DNA of 64,000 nucleotides. Origin: Octopus vulgaris. Taxonomy: Eukaryota. Within the stretch, counting starts at the first letter, position 1. Every line of letters begins with the position of its first letter. Positions 28,461-64,000 of the stretch are shown here, piece by piece. Position numbers and translations under genes: made by a program. The stretch lies in contig OX597835.1 of assembly GCA_951406725.2 (NCBI GenBank), positions 40,052,001-40,116,000 of the forward strand, read 5' to 3'. The notes under the pieces are model-generated. The model searched no databases and was not told where the DNA came from. It saw nothing but the letters and a program-made list of their open reading frames with translations.

Positions 28461-28560
28461 NNNNNNNNNNNNNNNNNNNNNNNNNNNNNNNNNNNNNNNN
28501 NNNNNNNNNNNNNNNNNNNNNNNNNNNNNNNNNNNNNNNNNNNNNNNNNNNNNNNNNNNN
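28461..28560. other. Assembly gap (100 N)
   Basis: Run of exactly 100 N; typical placeholder for a join of unknown size. Confidence 0.99.
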
Positions 28561-28610
28561 TTTCAGGTGCTAGTACCACTTAAAAAGCACCCACCTGTCG
28601 GTGCTGCACT

Positions 28611-29888
28611 GATGCAACTGTGCCACTGCTGCAAAGATGCAACCATGCCACTGCTGCAAAGATGCAACCGTGCCACTGCTGCAAAGATGCAACCGTGCCA
28701 CTGCTGCAAAGATGCAACCGTGCCACTGCTGCAAAGATGCAACTGTGCCACTGCTGCAAAGATGCAACCGTGCCACTGCTGCAAAGATGCAACTGTGCCA
28801 CTGCTGCAAAGATGCAACCGTGCCACTGCTGCAAAGATGCAACCATGCCACTGCTGCAAAGATGTAACTGTGCCACTGCTGCAAAGATGCAACTGTGCCA
28901 CTGCTGCAAAGATGCAACCGTGCCACTGCTGCAAAGATGCAACCGTGCCACTGCTGCAAAGATGCAACCGTGCCACTGCTGCAAAGATGCAACCGTGCCA
29001 CTGCTGCAAAGATGCAACCGTGCCACTGCTGCAAAGATGCAACCGTGCCACTGCTGCAAAGATGCAACCGTGCCACTGCTGCAAAGATGCAACCGTGCCA
29101 CTGCTGCAAAGATGCAACCGTGCCACTGCTGCAAAGATGCAACCGTGCCACTGCTGCAAAGATGCAACCGTGCCACTGCTGCAAAGATGCAACCGTGCCA
29201 CTGCTGCAAAGATGCAACCGTGCCACTGCTGCAAAGATGCAACCATGCCACTGCTGCAAAGATGTAACTGTGCCACTGCTGCAAAGATGCAACTGTGCCA
29301 CTGCTGCAAAGATGCAACCGTGCCACTGCTGCAAAGATGCAACCGTGCCACTGCTGCAAAGATGCAACCGTGCCACTGCTGCAAAGATGCAACTGTGCCA
29401 CTGCTGCAAAGATGCAACCGTGCCACTGCTGCAAAGATGCAAACGTGCCACTGCTGCAAAGATGCAACCGTGCCACTGCTGCAAAGATGCAACTGTGCCA
29501 AAGATGCAACCGTGCCACTGCTGCAAAGATGCAACTGTGCCACTGCTGCAAAGATGCAACTGTGCCACTGCTGCAAAGATGCAACCGTGCCACTGCTGCA
29601 AAGATGCAACTGTGCCACTGCTGCAAAGATGCAACCATGCCACTGCTGCAAAGATGCAACCGTGCCACTGCTGCAAAGATGCAACCGTGCCACTGCTGCA
29701 AAGATGCAAACGTGCCACTGCTGCAAAGATGCAAACGTGCCACTGCTGCAAAGATGCAACCGTGCCACTGCTGCAAAGATGCAACTGTGCCACTGCTGCA
29801 AAGATGCAACCATGCCACTGCTGCAAAGATGCAACCATGCCACTGCTGCAAAGATGCAACCGTGCCACTGCTGCAAAGATGCAAACGT
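28611..29888. repeat. 25-bp minisatellite (GATGCAACCGTGCCACTGCTGCAAA)n, about 51 copies
   Basis: Direct inspection; highly homogeneous units. Confidence 0.97.
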
Positions 29889-31524
29889 GACAGTCTATAC
29901 ATCCATGTTGGTGGAATGCAAAAAGCACCCAGCACACACTGCTTAGTGGTTGGCATTAGGAAGGGCATCCAGCCATAGAAATCACGCCACAACAGACAGT
30001 TGGAATCTGGACAGCTCCCTGCTAGCCAGCTCCATGTCAAACCGTCCAACCCATGCCGGCATGGAAAGCAGACGTTAACAAACAAATGAACAATCACAAG
30101 ATTGTGGTTTCAATTCCCAGACTGGGTGGTGTGTTGTATTCTTGAGGAAAACATTTCATTTCACATTACCCTGTGATCACTTTGACATCTGCCACGTGGC
30201 ACACCATGCGCCTGTACAAATCATCCATGCAGGTTCTTTAGCAAAAAATTGCAGAACAGTATTTCTCAGACTCAAGAGACTGCCACACATACGTATAACA
30301 CAAATGCAACGAATACATATTACTGATGCCCCTTCTGTAACTAAGCCATACCTGCTTTTCAGGTAAGAGACCTTTTTTAATTCTACACATTTCAAGGTGC
30401 AGAAAGAGGGAGTGACTAACTCTCAGACTACTCTCTTCCAACATTTCTATGCATCACCAACTTACTTGCAGCAATTTACCACAACATCTAACAAGCCTTG
30501 CACTGCCCTTCGTTATTGCTCTCTAACATTCTCCCCTCCTTGGTCAGCCACTCACAACCCAAACACCAAACCCTACAACTTGCACTGATTCCAATGAAGA
30601 GTGACCAACTTTGAAAGCATCTTCCAATCAGCATTTATCAATCTTATCTCTTTTAGCTGCTCACATCCTCATTTGCATTGCAACCCACGTAACCATGAGC
30701 AACTCTCAACCAGATCCCTCACAAGCAAGTTCCTCGAGCAGCAAGAAAAAAGGCCATCAGAATTAGCTGTGTGGTGAAGAAGCTTGCTTCCCAACCGTAT
30801 GGTCTTGGGTTCAGTTCTACTGCATTGCCACCTCTTCTACTATAACTCCAAGTTGACTAAAACCTTGTGAGTAGATTTGGTAGATGGAAACTGAAAGAAG
30901 CCCATCATGTAATGGGCCCGTGTTTGTGTGTCCCCTAACATCATTGTCATACAACTGATATTGTTTGATTCCAGTCCTCCATGAAAAACATGTGTGGCCA
31001 TGGGAGATGTCACTTTGCTTGGGGACAGGTGATGGTTGGGGGCAAGAAGGATATCCAGTTATAGAAAATCTGCTCCAAGAAATTCTGCCTGACCCACTTG
31101 AGCATGGAAAAGGGGACACTAAATACAATAGTGAAAAATTCATAATGAACTCTGCTCGTCTGGGCAGGGTGTGTTCACGTCACATCCACCCAAGCATACC
31201 CACACTTCATTTGTCTTTCTTGCTCTCGTCAGTTTTGCCGAGTCCAAGCCCTCACCCCACCCTTACTTTGCCCCCATATGCCCCACACTAATCACCATCC
31301 CCAGTCCTTCGCACAACAATGTCATCCCTCTGAAAATCACTCTCTGCTCACCACATACTCCCTGCAAGTGCTAACTTACAAAAGTTCAAAAGGAACACTG
31401 GAAACATCAATTTCCAAGTCAAAGAGGGGCCTGTAGGGGCCAGGGACACTCGTCTCTTCATCCAGGCATAGTCAAAAAAAAAAAAAAAATCACATTGGTT
31501 ACCAAAAGATCAAAGATTTCCTAC

Positions 31525-59375
<27,851 letters not shown>

Positions 59376-60478
59376 CTACAAAACAAAAATAAATAAATTA
59401 ATTAATTAAGGGACCAGCGGAATAAATACCAGCGCTAAAAATTAAGGGCTGGAATAAATTTAGTTTGACTAAAGACTTTCAAGCAGTGCTGCTCCAGCAT
59501 GGTCACAATTCAACGACAAAAACAAGTGTAAGGATAAAATAATAATTTCAAATTTTCGGCACAAGGCCGGCAATTTTGAGGAAGAGAGGATAAGTCAATT
59601 ACATCGACCCCGGTACTCAACTGCTACTTATTTTATCGGCCCTGGAAGGACGAAAGGCAAAGTTGCCCTGGGTGGAATTTGAACTCAGAAAGTTAGAGTG
59701 AATGAAATGCCGCTTAGCATTTTGCCAGGTGTGCTAACGATTCTATCAGCTCGTTAATGGTTTTCTGATTTAGACACAAGGCTAGAAATTTTGAGGGGAG
59801 GGGATAAGTAGATATCAACCCCTATACTATTTTATTGACCCTGGAGGGACGAAAAGCAAAGGTAGCCTTGGCAAGTTTGGAACTCAGAACGTAAATAACC
59901 ATGAACAAGAACCATGATGCTGCAACACTAACAATTTGGCAAGCTTCCTGTCTTCAACAATTGTTTTTACCACAGACCCAAGACCAGAAATTTTAGGGGA
60001 CGGTTTTAGTAAACTGAACTGATGATAGTACTTGACTGGTGTTATATTTTTATTGGTCCGGTGGGATTAAAGCTAAAGCTGACCTAAACAGGACTGCAAA
60101 TATCTGGAACAACGAGCCCCCTCCCCCCAAATTTCAGGCCTTGTGCCAATAATAGGAAGGGGTTATTATTGTTATTACTATATAAGGTGGCGAGCTGGCG
60201 GAATTGTTAACATCAATTAGTTGGTTACATCATTTCCAGTGCTCAACTGATACTTATTTCATCAACCCCAAAAGGATAAAAAAGCAACGTCGACTTTGGT
60301 GGAATTTGAACTCAGAATGTAAACAGATGAAACACCACAGAGCATTTTGGTTGGTATGCTAAACACCACCTTAATATTGGTTTCAAATTTTGGCATAAGG
60401 TAGCAATTTTTTGGGGGGTGGGGGAGGGGACTAATTGATTACATATACCCAAGTACTCAGCTGGTACTTATTTCATTG

Positions 60479-60872
60479 CAGGAGTGGCTGTGTGGTAAGT
60501 AGCTTGCTTACCAACCACATGGTTCCAGGTTCAGTCCCACTGCGTGGCATCTTGGGCAAGTGTCTTCTGCTATAGCCCCAGGCTGACCAATGCCTTGTGA
60601 GTGGATTTGGTAGACGGAAACTTAAAGAAGCCTGTCATATATATGTATGTATGTGTGTGTATATGTTTGTCCCCGTAGCATTGCTTGACAACCGATGCTG
60701 GTGTGTTTACGTCCCCGTTACTATGCGGTTCGGCAAAAGAGACCGATAGAATAAATACTGGGCTTACAAAGAATAAATCCCGGGGTCGATTTGCTCGACT
60801 AAAGGTCGATTTGCTCGACTAAAGGTCGATTTGCTCGACAAATGACTGAAACAAGTAAAAGAGTAAAAGAGT
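60479..60872 (+). mobile_element. SINE family A with an internal triplicated 20-mer
   Basis: GGTCGATTTGCTCGACTAAA repeated at 60784-60840. Confidence 0.85.
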
Positions 60873-61432
60873 ACCCCTAAAAGGGGCAAAATGCAAAGTC
60901 GACCTTAGCAGGATATGAACTCAGAGCATAGAGACAACGTGAAACACTGCGAGACATTTTGTCCAGTCTGCTAACAATTCCACCAGCTCACCACCTAAAA
61001 CAACAACAACAACACCAACACCAACACCAGTTCTTATAATAGCTATTAGCTATAATTAAAATGAAATTATTTACACAGCTTGAAATTTGAAACCAAGGGC
61101 TGAATAAGTCTAAAGTAAAAATGCAGGATATGTCGGGGGGGAAGAGCTGATGAAACTTATTTCAGTCTTAGTTTAAATAGATTACCTCTTAGATAAGGCA
61201 GGGATGCTTCAAGATACCCCAAATAGCTTCCAACAAGGTATTTAATAACCAGAGTGAAACAACTTAGAAAACTGCATGGACATGAATTTGAGACAGTTGC
61301 AGGGGAAGGTACGATGTTAGCATGGAACATGAAAGAGCCTACAGCTTGATAAGTAGATAGATAAGTTCGTTAATTAATGAGGTACAAAGCAGAATATATT
61401 TTGGATAAGGATAATTTAAATATACTGTCGAG

Positions 61433-61787
61433 TAGAGGTTCTCAACCATATTTTATCTATGGACCCCTTTGATTACTGTTTTATTCTGGTGGACCCCATA
61501 GACATTTGTTGTTTAAAAACTAGTTTTATAGAAACTTTTTTCAAAATTCCTATTTTGTTTGTCACTCGTTAACCTGTGTACGTTGAACTATGGAAAACAT
61601 TAGAGAAAGAAACCTATCTGTTTCTTGCAATAAATACCAATGCTTCATCTAAATCAAAGTTTGTTTTTTTTTGGGGGGGGGGTCTTACAATATCATTATG
61701 AATTCCCAATATAATATTACATGGACCTCCACCCCAATCTTCTATGGACCGTCAGGGGCCATAAGGACCCCCGGTTGAGAACCACTG
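61433..61787. mobile_element. hAT (Charlie-like) MITE
   Basis: TIR (T)AG(A)GGTTCTCAACC / GGTTGAGAACCACTG; 8-bp TSD CTGTCGAG / CTGTAGAG. Confidence 0.85.
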
Positions 61788-61829
61788 CTGTAGAGTTTAT
61801 CTACTGTAGTAGTACAAGTTTTTGGTTAC

Positions 61830-62110
61830 CAACGTCGCCTTCCTGGCACCTGTGCTAGTGGCATGTGTAAAAAGATTCGAGCGAGGTCATTGCCAGTACC
61901 ACCTGACTGGCCCCCGTGCCGGTGGCACATAAAAAGCACCCACTACACTCTCGGAGTGGTTGGCGTTAGGAAGGGCATCCAGCTGTAGAAACTCTGCCAG
62001 ATCAAGATTGAAGCCTGGTGCAACCATCTGGTTCGCCAGCCCTCAGTCAAACCGTCCAACCCATGCTAGCATGGAAAGCGGATGTTAAACGATGATGATG
62101 GTGATGATGA
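61830..62110 (+). mobile_element. Retroelement 3' end family D
   Basis: Colinear with 54546-54873. Confidence 0.8.
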
Positions 62111-62530
62111 CTGCATAGGATCTAGCAACAAACAACATCCTACCTCCTGTGGAAGCGTTTGACACTGCTATACCCTAAGGCCTTCTGTGACCTAACAGTA
62201 CTTTGGCATACATAGACTTACACTGATACCCCCCCCCCACATACACATTTGTATAGCACTTAACCACACATATATAGGCTTACCCTCAATATATACCACC
62301 TATATCCACCTTCCGGTAACTTGGAGTGCACCCTGACACTTCTTCATCGCCATCCTCTTTCTTTAACAACTGGAGAAATCATGCATCTCCTCTACAACAA
62401 AACACCCTCTATCACACCCTAACCTCTCATCACCTGGCATAAAGCTACCATCCTCAATGCTCATTCCCCCCTTACTTTGTAATTGAGGGGAGGGGGTCTT
62501 GTCTTACAAGTTACTCAGTGACCTCATTAA

Positions 62531-62753
62531 CCCTTTAGCATTTAAACCGGCCATATCCAGCCAAAAGTATTCTGCCTGTTTTATGTTCAAACTGGCCAGA
62601 TCTGGTCTCTCACACCAACCCTACAATATCGTTTTAAAAATTAACAGCTACCTCATTAAAATCTCATAGCTACAAGATAATGCATATAATTAGTTCAAAA
62701 CAAAGTAGATGAAAAGGCTTTAATTTTGGCAGAATAATGCAAACGCTAAAGGG
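62531..62753. mobile_element. piggyBac-type MITE family 2
   Basis: TTAA TSD, TIR CCCTTTAGC / GCTAAAGGG. Confidence 0.85.
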
Positions 62754-63069
62754 TTAATACCCTGTAAAAAAAAGCACTTAGTACACTCTGTAAAGTGCTT
62801 GACATTAGGGAGGGCATCCAGCCATAGAAATTATGCAAAGCAGACACTGGAGTTTTGCAGTCCTCCAGCTCACCAGCTTCTGTGGAACTGTCCAACCCAT
62901 GCCAGCATGGAAAACAGACATTAAATGACGACAACCTAATCTGCCCACAAAATACATTTTACTGATGTTTACGACTACCCAGTATTTTCAATTAAACAAA
63001 GTGTCAACTAAAAGCTTTTACAACTACAACAGACATACTCTAGAGTACATTTAATGATGTACTCTAGAG

Positions 63070-63408
63070 CAGAGGTCCCAAACAAACCCAAGCCATCAGA
63101 CCAGTATTAGGATATACAAGAAATAATTTTATGATTTTATTTCTATTTTATTGGCCATCACAATCTGCAGGGTGTTTTTGCATTATATACTCTGTATTAT
63201 ATATGTGATAATTAAATTACGTGTGTGTATGTATGTGTGAGTATATACATGTGTGTGTATATATACGTGTGTGTGTGTATACGTGTGTGTGTGTATACGT
63301 GTGTGTGTGTGTGTGTGCATTTGTTGTGAAGCATGTGATTTCTTGGTTCATGGAAAAATCGTCTTGCATGAAACCAGTCCATAGTGCAAAAAACATTGAG
63401 GACCACTG
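63070..63408. mobile_element. hAT-type MITE with internal (GT)n
   Basis: CAGAGGTCCCAAA / TTGAGGACCACTG termini; 8-bp flanks CTCTAGAG / CCTTAGAG. Confidence 0.65.
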
Positions 63409-64000
63409 CCTTAGAGTTCGTTCAATTACTCATAAAGTGTCAGCTAAAAGCTTCAACTACTACCACAGATGTACCACAGAGTACATTTTACAACATCCAA
63501 ACCATACTGAGAGTCCTTTAATTAATTAATTAATCAATTCACCTAACAGCAAAATGTTATTTGTGCAAATTGGATTTTCCTGTTTATTGAAGTCTTTAAT
63601 AGTGACTATACAATTTCTACATGGGCAGAAGGCAGGTTAGTTCATAGTTTTTGATGAGCTGCTGACCGAAATAGGAACAGACCAATTCTTCCCATTTTCT
63701 ACCCACAGACATAATGTATAGTCTTTTGTTTACATTTACCTAGGTGGAAAAGAAAGAGGATGGTGGTGAAGAAGTAAGGGCATACCCTCAAGTTAGACAA
63801 AGAGGAATATAAGAGAAGGGGTACATAAAGGCTAAGCCTGTATATGTCTGGTTAAGGAACATTTATTTAAAGGGTAATAAATACCAGTAATATATTTAAA
63901 AGAATGAAGATAATAATAATGGTTTCAAATTTTGGCATGGGGACAGCAGTTTTTGAGGAAAGGGGTAAGTTGATTACATCGACCCCAGTATGTGACAGGT

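Noticed and set aside
28611-29888. CRISPR-like array
   Set aside because: Repeats are contiguous with no unique spacers, there are no cas genes, and the context is eukaryotic.
28563-30097. Cys-rich 200-500 aa ORFs (metallothionein- or keratin-associated-like) on both strands
   Set aside because: Translation of a 25-bp tandem repeat; the same peptide cycles through all frames, and there is no splice or codon evidence.
30177-30588. Short ORFs as the candidate next tankyrase exon
   Set aside because: No similarity to the expected DAALLDAAKKG ankyrin segment in the frames examined.
63645-63680. TTGATGAGCTGCTGACCGAAATAG hammerhead-like string
   Set aside because: C3 is missing, stem II is mismatched and there is no UH or stem I; compatible with chance.
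59376-64000. Upstream tankyrase exon (..NVNCHASDGRK-type)
   Set aside because: Not found by eye; the region appears to be intronic repeats.

Overview
Eukaryotic, AT-rich, very microsatellite- and transposon-rich genomic DNA. The repeat families suggest a coleoid cephalopod (Octopus-like); this is inferred, not shown. A 100-N scaffold gap at 28461-28560 splits the window into two different halves. RIGHT (28.6-64 kb): twelve minus-strand GT-AG exons (59375 down to 31525; 1309 nt, one continuous frame of about 436 aa) encode the central ankyrin-repeat clusters (about ARC2-ARC4) of a tankyrase (TNKS/PARP5). The introns hold SINEs, retroelement 3' ends, piggyBac/hAT/Helitron-type non-autonomous elements, a CpG-decayed tRNA-Asp pseudogene and two large minisatellites, which create all the very long spurious ORFs. 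The 5' exons and the SAM/PARP exons were not found here. LEFT (1-28.4 kb): no host gene was recognised. It holds simple-repeat fields, an IR/DR Tc1 (DD34E), a near-intact mariner (DD34D), a Tc1/mariner chimera, R4/Dong-like, RTE and CR1-like LINE fragments and tandem SINE arrays. Its most notable content is several different short modules, mostly set in or beside (TA)n tracts, that carry minimal type I hammerhead-ribozyme motifs (one with a fully intact core at 18904-18958). These resemble Penelope-like or retrozyme-type self-cleaving mobile RNAs.
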